A stretch of DNA of 64,000 nucleotides from Candidatus Woesearchaeota archaeon (GTDB lineage: Archaea; Nanobdellota; Nanobdellia; Woesearchaeales; ARS49), in assembly GCA_003599055.1 (NCBI GenBank), contig QZIM01000002.1:70097-134096 (forward strand). Reading direction: 5' to 3'. The position numbers were made by a program, and so were the translations under genes. The notes under the pieces are model-generated. The model was given only the letters and a program-made list of their open reading frames with translations. It did no database searches and had not been told where the DNA came from. Position 1 is the first letter of the stretch. Every line of letters starts with the position of its first letter. Positions 37,668 to 47,251 of this stretch are shown here, piece after piece.

Positions 37668-40379
37668 TTATCCTGTTTGGTTTTGTGGTATGACGAGTGT
37701 TGTTGGCCCGCCGGTGTAGTCTGAGAATGGCACGCAGAGTTCTCGAACGGTCCCTGAATAGAACGCGTCTCCTGAGGGGAGTCCCGGATTAAACGTTAGG
37801 CAGGCAGTATCATATTCGTTGGTGCTTTGGTTGTAGAAGTGGTTGAAGTCCGTGTCTCCTGGGTCTAACAGTCTGTCTTGCGGGTACAGCCGTACGCTTG
37901 AAAGGGCGGGAAGCCCGTTGACGCGGGTGCGTACGGGCCGAACGTAGCGTCCGATTGCAGTGCTTTGGTTGAGGTCTTCGAGTGTTAACGGTCCAAGGGA
38001 TGTTCTGTTCATTTGCGCTTGGACGCTTGCTGCGGTTGCCGCCGCAAGCGCAAGTTGGGCGCTCGCGGAGGTTCTGCGTAGTTCAACGTTGAATCTCAGC
38101 TTGTCTGACTCTAAATTGTTCGTAATGCTGTACTGCACGTGGTACAATCGGAGCGTGAGCGGTCCGAGTATTGTAGGGTCGAATGTCGGGTCGGTTAAGT
38201 CTACTCTTCGTCCGCCGACAACGCTTTGGTTTCCGAGGATGTCAATGAGTTGTTGTGCGCTGAGTCCTGCAAGAAGGATTGGTTCTGACCGTTCTGCGTT
38301 GATAACTGCGCTGTTTTTGTATTCTGCTCTGCCGGTCCTGCCGATAAGCACGTTGTCTGCTTCAAATTTGTGGATTTGTCCGCAAATGGCAGAGACAAGG
38401 CAGTTGTCTATGCCGGCAAACCCGCAGAAGCTTTGCGCAAGCCGCGCCCTGTTTTCTTCAATGAAGTCTCCGATGAATAGTGAACTGAGTTGTGCAAACC
38501 CGCTGAACTGGTCGTAGTTTCGGAAGAAGTCCCCAACGAGCCGGTCCCAGCTTGCAAGGTCGTAGTATCCTCCCCAGCTCGCACGGCGGGTGTTCAGTTG
38601 GGTTGCGTCTGCTTGTTCTTTCAAGAGCGCGGCTTCCTCTTCGCTGATTCCCTGTCGCCGAAGGTATGCTTCTGCTTCAGCATCGCCGCCTACGATTACT
38701 TTCTCTCCATCCTCATTCACTCTAAAATAATCTCCGGCCTCATCAACACCCAAAACTATTTCTCCATTTCTCCTAATCTCCGTCGTTCTTGCCAGTTCGG
38801 TATACGTTGCGGGTTTGTTTTCAAGCGCTTTGATTTCGTCTTCTTTTTCTTTGATTGCTTCTCGGTCGGGAGGTCTTGCATTTCTGAGTCGGGTTAATTC
38901 TCCTTGTTCTCGTTCAACGACTTCATTGCGGGTGACGTGGTCGACGCTGATTTCTCCGATTGCGCGGGATTGGCCGGAGGGCAATTGCCTGCCTTGTGAA
39001 TCAGTGTCCGTGAAAATCGTGGTGCTTTCCCGCCGTGGGATTTGAACCGTGACTGCATTTGTACCTGTGCCTATTCTGCGCTCTTCATTGTAGGTGGTTC
39101 TTTCCTGATAAATGGTTTCTCCGCCGGGTCCTCCTTCTTCTATAACTGTGCGCTCCCTTCGTGCATAGACGTAGCCTGCATCGGACAAGATATCATCTGG
39201 AACCACGGGATAATCTATTGTTTTTTTAACGGTGTCGGTGAAGAAAAATCCTTTCTGCTGTCTTGTAAATTCTATACGGTAATGTTCATCGCCAACTTTA
39301 GAAAATCTTGCACCGTCAGGATCTGCTGCGAGGGCTGTTGCAAGGTCGTTCATAAATGAACGGGGCAGAGCATCTCCGATAAGGTCGCCTTTTTCAACAG
39401 ATTCGGAGGTTCCGTGGAAGTCAGTTATCTCTAAATCAGCAGTCTTATCAATGTGCAGGTTTCCCTCGTCGTCCACCCACGCAGTGAGGTCTTTTAGTTC
39501 TGTATCTCTTAGCAGAGTCTGTTCTGCTTCAGTGAGTGTGCGGCCAGGGGTACGTGCTTCTGTTGAAGAGGCAGCGCCTGATCCAGAATCTGCTTCAGGT
39601 CGGCCGGTCGCCACTTCGGATGGTGTTGCGGCGGGTTCAATTTCACCTCGAAGTGCTGTGCGTATATCTTCCTGATTGGCACTGCTATCTTGGCGTCTCT
39701 GTCCTCCAACATCTCTCCACGCGGTGATTATTCGGTTATTGCTGTCTATTCTGTACTCAGTAACGGTCCCGTCATCTTCAATATACAAGACGTTTCGATT
39801 TCCACTTGAGTCAGGAGGAGTCATAAAGACTTGTTTGTCTGCAAAAGACGATTGCTGATAGGTCGAGCCTTGATAGGTGACTCTGTCGTTTTGCGCAGTC
39901 GCTCCAGGTATTCGCTCACGGTATGTTCCGGCAATATCTCGTGAAGGAGGAGAGGGGTTTACGTTTGCAGGTATGTTTGTTGTTCCTATGCTGCTGATTC
40001 CTCCTGGGCTGAGCGTGTATGGTACTGTCACTGCTATGGACGGTCCAATTCTGCTTACTTTTTGAACAATATTAATTCCTTCTGGTGGGATTTGCTGTCC
40101 AACAAAAACTCCATTTGGGTCATAAACTCTTCCGTTGGACGCTACCCGGTAATCGGTCGTTGTTCCGTATCGGATTTCGGGATTGGCTGAGGAGGATATA
40201 AATAAGATTCTGTTGCGCTCAGCGATGTGCGTATTTTGATTGTAATTGTCAATTGCCTCTCGAGAGTGTATCAGTTGGTCTCCCTCCAGTCGCAAATCTA
40301 TTTGTTGGCCTGATACTCCTAGAATACAAATGCACAGTGAAAGAATGATTGCGCTCGTGCGTGATGTTTTCAAGGTCAT
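37668..40379 (-). CDS. Large secreted hypothetical protein (about 903 aa)
   Basis: True start likely MTLKTSR (ATGA overlap with upstream stop), followed by a signal peptide. Confidence 0.75.
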   Translation of the reverse strand: MTLKTSRTSAIILSLCICILGVSGQQIDLRLEGDQLIHSREAIDNYNQNTHIAERNRILFISSSANPEIRYGTTTDYRVASNGRVYDPNGVFVGQQIPPEGINIVQKVSRIGPSIAVTVPYTLSPGGISSIGTTNIPANVNPSPPSRDIAGTYRERIPGATAQNDRVTYQGSTYQQSSFADKQVFMTPPDSSGNRNVLYIEDDGTVTEYRIDSNNRIITAWRDVGGQRRQDSSANQEDIRTALRGEIEPAATPSEVATGRPEADSGSGAASSTEARTPGRTLTEAEQTLLRDTELKDLTAWVDDEGNLHIDKTADLEITDFHGTSESVEKGDLIGDALPRSFMNDLATALAADPDGARFSKVGDEHYRIEFTRQQKGFFFTDTVKKTIDYPVVPDDILSDAGYVYARRERTVIEEGGPGGETIYQERTTYNEERRIGTGTNAVTVQIPRRESTTIFTDTDSQGRQLPSGQSRAIGEISVDHVTRNEVVEREQGELTRLRNARPPDREAIKEKEDEIKALENKPATYTELARTTEIRRNGEIVLGVDEAGDYFRVNEDGEKVIVGGDAEAEAYLRRQGISEEEAALLKEQADATQLNTRRASWGGYYDLASWDRLVGDFFRNYDQFSGFAQLSSLFIGDFIEENRARLAQSFCGFAGIDNCLVSAICGQIHKFEADNVLIGRTGRAEYKNSAVINAERSEPILLAGLSAQQLIDILGNQSVVGGRRVDLTDPTFDPTILGPLTLRLYHVQYSITNNLESDKLRFNVELRRTSASAQLALAAATAASVQAQMNRTSLGPLTLEDLNQSTAIGRYVRPVRTRVNGLPALSSVRLYPQDRLLDPGDTDFNHFYNQSTNEYDTACLTFNPGLPSGDAFYSGTVRELCVPFSDYTGGPTTLVIPQNQTG

Positions 40380-43300
40380 CCTCCCTCTCCTCCTTCTGCC
40401 GCTTTTCGTTCTTTTTCTTGTTCTTCCATATCTTCTTGGATGTCTTCCATTCGTTTGCAGTATTGTCCGGGGACGGACTTGAATAAATTCTTGGTTCTTG
40501 CCATGCTGACGGTGCTGGTGACTGCTTCGGCAACAAGGGAGATTGTCCTGAAGACTGCGCAGGCGGTGAATGCAGGGCTGGTCTCGTAGATGCTGCACAT
40601 GGGCATGCAAAGGAGGGTGAGCCCGACTGTTACGACGGCGACGGGGTTTGACAATAGTTCAGTGAGCATTCCTGCAACTCTGTTTGCGAATTGTGCAAAG
40701 GGTATTGCGGCAAAGACTTGTCCGATGACGTATTGGCAGAGGTTGTATTGGTACATTTCTTGGCAATAACTGATGGGGTATCCGCGTTCTTTAACTTCGT
40801 CGTGCAGGCAGACTGCCTTAAAGCAGTTCACCTGGCGTAATTTTTCAACGTTATACACAATGCCGGGCAGGCACAGGCAGAACACGCTCCAAACGAGTGA
40901 GTCTTTGATGCTGGGCATTCCAAGGCCGAGGACTTCTGATGCTTTGGAGCAAAGGGGGTTTATTCCTCCGCTAAAGTAGGAGGTGAATGCTTGTCCGGAG
41001 GTTTGTTCTTGTTTTCCTGTTTCCGGGTCTATTTTGGCAACTTCTTGAGGGGTCGTGATGGGCTTTCCGTCATCACCAACTTTTCCGGTCGGGGTTTGCT
41101 GTTCTTCTGTAACACTTCCTTTAACCTCTCCTCCGCAGTTGATGAAGAAGCAGAAGAGTGAGAGTGCTTCTCCGATGGATTGGAATGTTCCTTGGGTTGC
41201 GGTGTTGGTTCCGCACAGTGCTGCGTTGACGCCTGCGACGCCTGCGGCGGCGGGGGCGCCGATGCCGGTGTTGAGAAGCCCGTCGCGCATCGTGCCAAGG
41301 GCGGCGTTAATGACGGTGAGGACATTGATGAGTGAGCTGACAATGCTTTTTACCCTGCACAGCAATTCAAAATAGTACAGTGCTTTGCGCAGTGTTCCGA
41401 GCCAGTCCGCGTTGGCAAGGGCGTCGCCCATTGCGCGCTCGATTTGCTTGTCAACTTCCGCGTACATATCTTCTTGGGGTTGGTTGTAGAATTCGGCAAG
41501 GTAGGGGACTTTGATGACTTGGGGTTGTGGTGAGATGACCCCGCCGCCGGGTATTGCCCGTTTGGTGAGGATGGTCATTGGGCAGGTGACATTTACGGAG
41601 TTGAGATAGTAGTTTTTGGCCTCAAGCTTGAAAACAACAAGCGGATTGCGGCTTCCTTCCTGCACGTTCGAGGTGTAGACGTCGCTCACAACGTTTTCAA
41701 GGTCGCCGATGCATTCGGATGGGTTTTCCGGCCCGCGGATGCGGTAGGGTTCGACGTCTCTGCGTGTGCTGGTTAATTCAACTGAGCAGCTCGCGTATGG
41801 CGGAATGAGGCTTGCGGTTGCGCGGTTAATGAGTTTGGGCGTGCACGTGACGCGCGGTATCCAGTATTGCCCGCGTGTTTCGTTGTCAAGCCCAAAGACT
41901 TCAAGCGCGGCTGAAGTGTTGGCGACATTGCCTGCATCATCAGTAAACACGAATGGTATTGTTGCAAGGTAGGGTCCTGACAGTTCGATTTTGCTTTCAA
42001 ACGTGCACTCAATTGCGGAAGTGTCATTCTCAGGGACGCCGCAAATGCCGGGGACGGTTTTGCCGCCGATTTCGCTAAAGTTCGCGTACGCGTCGGTGAA
42101 GTTTGCGCTCGAGACAACGTATTGTGCGAAGTTTCCGCGAACAGCTCCGGTAATGTTTGGGTTATCTTCGCCTTTGATAATGCGTGAGCTGATGATTCGC
42201 GGAGGCGCAGGCGGCGAGTCATCGTAAACAATCGGAACTGCAGTTTCTTTTCCTGCAGTGTTGTCAAGGTCGTCTGCGGAGCCGGAAAGGACGGTGACAG
42301 TGTACCCTCCTTCAGGGGTTCCTTTGGGCGGATTAAGGGTCCACGTGCAGCGCCAAATGCTTCCTTCAGAGGGCGCGCAGTATCCTGCCTGTACAAAGTT
42401 TGGAAGGCCAAGTTCGCTTAAGTCAAGTGCGGCAAGCCTGCGGTTGATGCCGATTCCTGCGCCGCCTGAATTATCTTTTTCGTCAAACTCAAGGGTCAGC
42501 GCGGTTCCTCTGCCAAGGAGCGGTATGTTGCTGCGGAACCGTTCGGAAACAACGCGGACAAACTGCGGGCCGACGTTGTCGCTTTTGACAGAACACGAGT
42601 AGTCTTTTGCCGCGGCATTCCCAAGCTTGTCTTTTGCCGTGACGGTGATTTTGCAGATGCTTGGCTCGACAACGGGGACGTTTTGCCAGATGGCAATGTT
42701 TCCTGCAACCCGGTCGGGTGTTCGAAGCCCGCTAAGGGACGGGGCAATGGAGGACAGGTCTGCTTTTATCTCTTTGGAATCAACGCCGATTTCATCGATA
42801 ATTTCAACGGTGACGGTGGCAATGGTATCCTGTCCTTTGCGGATGTGGGTGAGCCGAACGCCCTTGCTATCAACAATGCTTGGCTCGCGGATGTCAGGAG
42901 GGGTGGAATCAATGATGATTTGTTGGCAGGAGGGCAAGCTTTCCTGGTTGACAAAGTCAGTGGCGTATGCGCAAAGGCCGCCGCTTTCCGTGAGGCGTAC
43001 GGGAATTTGGCGGTCTTTTGAGCAGATGCCGGGCTGTCCTGTTTCTTCAAGGACGGGTTTTCCATTGAGGGTGAGCGTGATTTTTTTGATTCCGCTGCAG
43101 TCTTGGGGTTGCCCGTGTGTTAAGCCGTAATCGTGTGCGGAGAGGCGGACCGCAACTTCGCCCGTGCTGTGGATGGGTGTGACATTGTAGGCGACGATTT
43201 GCGGGGGCAGCCCGTCGATGCGCAGGTTTTTGGTTTCGGACTTGACGATTTTGTCATCGTCGTTTCGCAGTTCGAGGCGGAACGTGAGCGGCTCGTACGC

Positions 43301-43597
43301 TTCAAAGCTGTCATCGGTAAATGTGCAGCGGTAATTGTTGGCATCGCCCGCCATTCGCGTGCAGTTGTCAAAGAAGGCAAAGGCGTCGCCGTAGTAAATG
43401 CGCACTTGTTCGGGTGAGATGATTGTTTCGCCGGGGATTGCGGCGATTCCTTCGGCGATGAGGGTGTCTTTGACGCGCGCGTTGCCTGATGAGCGGTCGC
43501 GTCCGGAAACGGTAATGCTGAGTTCCTGTGCAAAGGCAACCGGCATTGTCATAAGGAGGGCTGCCAAAAACACTGCGACGAATTGCAATTTTTTCAT
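40376..43597 (-). CDS. Large secreted protein (1073 aa): Ig-like repeats and Cys-rich hydrophobic helical C-terminus
   Basis: Signal peptide; D..GN Ig-like repeats; CLCLPG region homologous to the 2419-aa protein. Confidence 0.82.
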   Translation of the reverse strand: MKKLQFVAVFLAALLMTMPVAFAQELSITVSGRDRSSGNARVKDTLIAEGIAAIPGETIISPEQVRIYYGDAFAFFDNCTRMAGDANNYRCTFTDDSFEAYEPLTFRLELRNDDDKIVKSETKNLRIDGLPPQIVAYNVTPIHSTGEVAVRLSAHDYGLTHGQPQDCSGIKKITLTLNGKPVLEETGQPGICSKDRQIPVRLTESGGLCAYATDFVNQESLPSCQQIIIDSTPPDIREPSIVDSKGVRLTHIRKGQDTIATVTVEIIDEIGVDSKEIKADLSSIAPSLSGLRTPDRVAGNIAIWQNVPVVEPSICKITVTAKDKLGNAAAKDYSCSVKSDNVGPQFVRVVSERFRSNIPLLGRGTALTLEFDEKDNSGGAGIGINRRLAALDLSELGLPNFVQAGYCAPSEGSIWRCTWTLNPPKGTPEGGYTVTVLSGSADDLDNTAGKETAVPIVYDDSPPAPPRIISSRIIKGEDNPNITGAVRGNFAQYVVSSANFTDAYANFSEIGGKTVPGICGVPENDTSAIECTFESKIELSGPYLATIPFVFTDDAGNVANTSAALEVFGLDNETRGQYWIPRVTCTPKLINRATASLIPPYASCSVELTSTRRDVEPYRIRGPENPSECIGDLENVVSDVYTSNVQEGSRNPLVVFKLEAKNYYLNSVNVTCPMTILTKRAIPGGGVISPQPQVIKVPYLAEFYNQPQEDMYAEVDKQIERAMGDALANADWLGTLRKALYYFELLCRVKSIVSSLINVLTVINAALGTMRDGLLNTGIGAPAAAGVAGVNAALCGTNTATQGTFQSIGEALSLFCFFINCGGEVKGSVTEEQQTPTGKVGDDGKPITTPQEVAKIDPETGKQEQTSGQAFTSYFSGGINPLCSKASEVLGLGMPSIKDSLVWSVFCLCLPGIVYNVEKLRQVNCFKAVCLHDEVKERGYPISYCQEMYQYNLCQYVIGQVFAAIPFAQFANRVAGMLTELLSNPVAVVTVGLTLLCMPMCSIYETSPAFTACAVFRTISLVAEAVTSTVSMARTKNLFKSVPGQYCKRMEDIQEDMEEQEKERKAAEGGEGG

Positions 43598-45735
43598 TTG
43601 CGTATCACCGGCCAGATGAGTGCGGGGTTGCTTTCCACGTAAAGCTGCGGCACTTTGAGCTGTTCTAAATCTTCAATGACGCGTTCTTTTTCTTCTACTT
43701 TGTCAATTGCGATGGTGAATTGCCGAAACTCTATTCCCTGTGCGCCGTGGAGTGATTCTGGGCTGAACGTGTATTCATACGTGGTTGTCCCGTAGGGGAA
43801 GGGTGTTGATTCGTTAAAGACGAGCGGTTCTTCGGGAACCTTGAAGCATTTTTCCTTGCTGCTGACCAGTTTTTTGACGGTAAAGCAGCGCTCGTCAGGG
43901 GGGATGGTGATGTCGTCGCGAAGGAGGCTCGTGATTTGGACTTCGTATCTGCCGGGAACGAGCTTGATTTCTGCGGGCTTTCCGCCCAGGATTTCTGCGA
44001 CGGCGACAAAGGGTTCTGCGCCGGGCTCTTCCTTGCGCTTGAGGAGGATGACGGTTTGTTGTTTGCTGTGAGGTCTTGAAAGGCCTGCGGCAGCTTCGTA
44101 TTTCCACGGGCTGCGCTTGTCGATTTTGGTTATTTGGTAGTTGCGGACGCTGACGTTGACCCATCGTTCGGGTTCCAGAAGTGCCTGCAGGCGCAGCGGC
44201 TCTTCACGGTGGGTGTCAAGCGCGCGGGTGGTGCTGCTGAAGTCTTTTCTTGAAAGGAGCAGTGTTCCGCCAACGCAGCGCGGGAATCGGGAGAGGAACG
44301 TGCCGTCGCGTGTTTTTCCGAGGTTGCAGACTTGGTCGCCGCAAAGGTAGGTGACGGATACGTCATCAAGCGGCCGGCGGTTTTCGCCGTTAAGGACGGT
44401 TAGCGTGATTTCGCCGGAGGTTCGTTGGTCGATGTTGCAGAAGATGCTCGGAGGGGTGTTTGCGGGTGGGGGCAGGGTGATGTTGGTGTCTGATGCGAAT
44501 CGTTTTGAGCTGCGCATATTGTGCTCGAGCATAATGTTAAAGGTGTACCCTTCGCCGCCAAGGGCGTCGGGGTCGCGGATTTCAAAGAGGACAGGGTAGC
44601 TCAAGTCGTATGCGAACTCGTAGCGGTTGAGCGTCATGGGGAGCATCGTGAAGCTCGTTGCGCTGTCTGCCGTGCACAGTTGTCCTTTGCAGTTGAGGTC
44701 AAAGTAGGGTTCCCACCAGTCAAGGTAGGCAAAGCGTGCTTCAAGGAATCTGCGGCTGTTGTTTGTCGGTATCAAAAATTGCCGGTTATACACGAGTTCG
44801 TACAGTTCAGGGTCGCGAACGTCGGGTGATTCGATGTATTCGTAATTTTTGGTGCCGAACACCTGGATGAGGGGAATATACGATGTGAGCAGTCCTTTTA
44901 ATTGTTGGAGGACTTCGTATTCGACCCAGAACACGCCTGCGTCGGGTCCGCCGAATTTGAGCCCGCGTGAGGGCGGCAAGAGGTCTTCTTCGATGCCGCT
45001 GAACGTTCCGATGACGGTGTTGGTTGCCTGTTCGAGAATTCCTGTTTGGCTTTGGTGCGTGGTGATTTCGCTTGCGAGCTCGTACATTTCGCGAAGCGGT
45101 ACAATGGTTTCGATGGCATAATCGTTCACGGAGAAGGTTTGGTCTTCGCACTGGAGTTGTAATGGGTAATTGGCGGTGGTGATGACGCTGATGTCGGCAA
45201 CACTGACGCTTGCCTCCGGCTCGTCGATTGCGCGAAGCGTGCATCCTTGGATTTCTGATGTTCCGATGAGGCATTCGCTGAGTTGTTCTTGGACGTATCG
45301 TTCGAGTTGTTCTTCAATGCTGTTTCTGCCGTCTGCTTTGCGAAGCGGGGGGCGTTTGCTTGCAAATTCACAGTCCGCAGTGCACGCATTTGGCGATTTC
45401 ATATGCCACCAGTAGGCCACGTTCGGTCCTGCGTCGGGTGCCAGTTGGACCGCGTCGCCTTCTGTTGTATAGAACGGATTGGCGCTGAGCTGGTTTTGGT
45501 CAATATAGCCGCCGGATGCGCCGAGTCTGCGAAGCCCGTCTTCTGTCGCATCAAGAAGGCAGCTGTGGATGAGGTCGCGAACGGGCTGTGCGCGCTCGGG
45601 AACTTCTGAGAGTGAGATTTGGGCAAGCTCAAGCGCCTGTTCTTGTGTCCTGCCGGTGAGGTAGAGTGCTGCGCCGATAATGAAGAGAAGACTGATTCCT
45701 ATTATTATGAAGACGGTTATCTGCCCCTTTTTCAT
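43594..45735 (-). CDS. Class III (pilin-like) signal peptide protein, 713 aa
   Basis: MKKG/QITVFIIIG; YDL.YP....D.DA..GEGY.F and VTYLC....CNLG.T shared with the 694-aa paralogue. Confidence 0.8.
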   Translation of the reverse strand: MKKGQITVFIIIGISLLFIIGAALYLTGRTQEQALELAQISLSEVPERAQPVRDLIHSCLLDATEDGLRRLGASGGYIDQNQLSANPFYTTEGDAVQLAPDAGPNVAYWWHMKSPNACTADCEFASKRPPLRKADGRNSIEEQLERYVQEQLSECLIGTSEIQGCTLRAIDEPEASVSVADISVITTANYPLQLQCEDQTFSVNDYAIETIVPLREMYELASEITTHQSQTGILEQATNTVIGTFSGIEEDLLPPSRGLKFGGPDAGVFWVEYEVLQQLKGLLTSYIPLIQVFGTKNYEYIESPDVRDPELYELVYNRQFLIPTNNSRRFLEARFAYLDWWEPYFDLNCKGQLCTADSATSFTMLPMTLNRYEFAYDLSYPVLFEIRDPDALGGEGYTFNIMLEHNMRSSKRFASDTNITLPPPANTPPSIFCNIDQRTSGEITLTVLNGENRRPLDDVSVTYLCGDQVCNLGKTRDGTFLSRFPRCVGGTLLLSRKDFSSTTRALDTHREEPLRLQALLEPERWVNVSVRNYQITKIDKRSPWKYEAAAGLSRPHSKQQTVILLKRKEEPGAEPFVAVAEILGGKPAEIKLVPGRYEVQITSLLRDDITIPPDERCFTVKKLVSSKEKCFKVPEEPLVFNESTPFPYGTTTYEYTFSPESLHGAQGIEFRQFTIAIDKVEEKERVIEDLEQLKVPQLYVESNPALIWPVIRK

Positions 45736-45785
45736 GGATGAACCCTTTTTGAGGAATGCTGATTCGATGATTTATAAATATTGTG

Positions 45786-46679
45786 CTATGCGACATCGAC
45801 GCTTACGGAGACGCGTGTGACGTCTTCAAGGTCGCTTGCAACAAAGACGATGCTTTTGGTTCCTGCGGTCTTGCCGGTGAGCGTTACAACGGAATTGCGC
45901 ACATCAACGTCAAGGCCTTCGGCGGCTGAGCTCGCAAAAGTAAGTGCGTCATTTTCCGCGTCGGTGAAATAGTCCGAGAGGTCGATGGTGAGCGGTTTTC
46001 CGAGCGGTGCCTTGAATGTTCTGCTGCTGCCTTTCCACGCAGGGGCAGTATTTGGTTTTCGTTCTGTTTTGTACGTGAGGGCGTCAAGGGTGAGGCTGCT
46101 GTTTGGCGCAATGTCAATGAACAGCTCAATACTGTTTGATTCTGCGATGATGCTGCACGTTTCCTGGCAAAAGTCAGTGAACGTGCCGCCTGTTGCGTTG
46201 TCTGAACTCATAATGAGGCGGAGCTGGTTTCCCTGTTTGAGGAAAATTTTTGCCCTGCCCTCGTATGTTCCGCTTGCGGCAAGGGAGAGGGGCCTGTCTG
46301 CGAGGGTGAACGTGCGAAGGCCGCTTTCGGTGAAGGTCTGGTTGATGGGAAGGACAAGCGTGTTTTCAAGGCTTGCAAGGCCGACAATGCTTGGGTTAAA
46401 GACGACAAGGATGCTGAATGCGATGATGAGGACTGCTGCTGCGATGAGGTTGTACGGCACGTTGAGGCGTTCTTTGGCGGAATTGAGGTCTTTGAAGAGC
46501 GATGTGACGTGGTCGTGGGCGATTTGCTTGTGGAGGGGGTCAAGGTTGCCGTGCTCAATAGATTGGTATGCGGACAGGACGTCAAGGTATTTTTTCTTCG
46601 CATCGCTGATTTGTTCTGACGCAATGAGCGCTCTTGTTTGGTCGTGCAATTCAACGAAGCGTTTAATCAGGTCATCCAT
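45786..46679 (-). CDS. Membrane-anchored protein with C-terminal Ig/cadherin-like domain
   Basis: Central TM; NTAP..IDLSDYFTDAENDALTF. Confidence 0.72.
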   Translation of the reverse strand: MDDLIKRFVELHDQTRALIASEQISDAKKKYLDVLSAYQSIEHGNLDPLHKQIAHDHVTSLFKDLNSAKERLNVPYNLIAAAVLIIAFSILVVFNPSIVGLASLENTLVLPINQTFTESGLRTFTLADRPLSLAASGTYEGRAKIFLKQGNQLRLIMSSDNATGGTFTDFCQETCSIIAESNSIELFIDIAPNSSLTLDALTYKTERKPNTAPAWKGSSRTFKAPLGKPLTIDLSDYFTDAENDALTFASSAAEGLDVDVRNSVVTLTGKTAGTKSIVFVASDLEDVTRVSVSVDVA

Positions 46680-46765
46680 CTTTTTTCAGGGTTTCTCTTC
46701 GGGGAATTTATATATAATGGTTTCTGCCGAAGGCTTTTTAAAGGGATTCATTACTTTTCAATGGT

Positions 46766-47221
46766 ATGGGTGAAGAATCAGGGCTGCATAATCTGGTGGA
46801 GTCCCTTGCAGGTCTTGTGATGAAATATGGCGAGCGGACCGGCGGGGAGAATGAAACGGGAAGTGAGAACGGGATATCACGGTCCCGGTCCTGGGAGTCG
46901 TATGTTCTTGAGTGCGAGGGATTTGTTCTTTCCTATACTGAGCGAAAGCGCAGCGGGATGAAGGCGGATGAGCTTAAGTTGTATCGTGTGGTGCGGCGGG
47001 AATTGGATTGTGTGCGTGACGAGTCGCAGGTTATTGCTCTTTTTGAAACCGCGGAGGGCAATTGGTATCCGAATCCTGATATTCAGGAAGACTCGCTCTC
47101 ATCGTTTGGGCGCGTGAAATTCGGAACGTCGCCGCAGTGGACGATTGGGGAAGAGGACAATCCTGCAATTCTTGCGCAAGCGCACGGCGAGCTGCAAAAG
47201 AAGTACGGCCCGTTGCAGTGA
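46766..47221 (+). CDS. Hypothetical protein
   Basis: 151-aa ORF with an upstream TATA box. Confidence 0.55.
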   Translation: MGEESGLHNLVESLAGLVMKYGERTGGENETGSENGISRSRSWESYVLECEGFVLSYTERKRSGMKADELKLYRVVRRELDCVRDESQVIALFETAEGNWYPNPDIQEDSLSSFGRVKFGTSPQWTIGEEDNPAILAQAHGELQKKYGPLQ

Positions 47222-47251
47222 CTTTTTATACTGAATGAGAAAAGATGGATT

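Noticed and set aside
40380..40610. N-terminal 77 aa of the listed 980-aa ORF
   Set aside because: Overlaps the upstream gene out of frame; the ATGA-coupled start at 40379 gives a proper signal peptide
19322..45735. Prophage or integrative element
   Set aside because: No integrase, terminase, capsid or replication genes recognised
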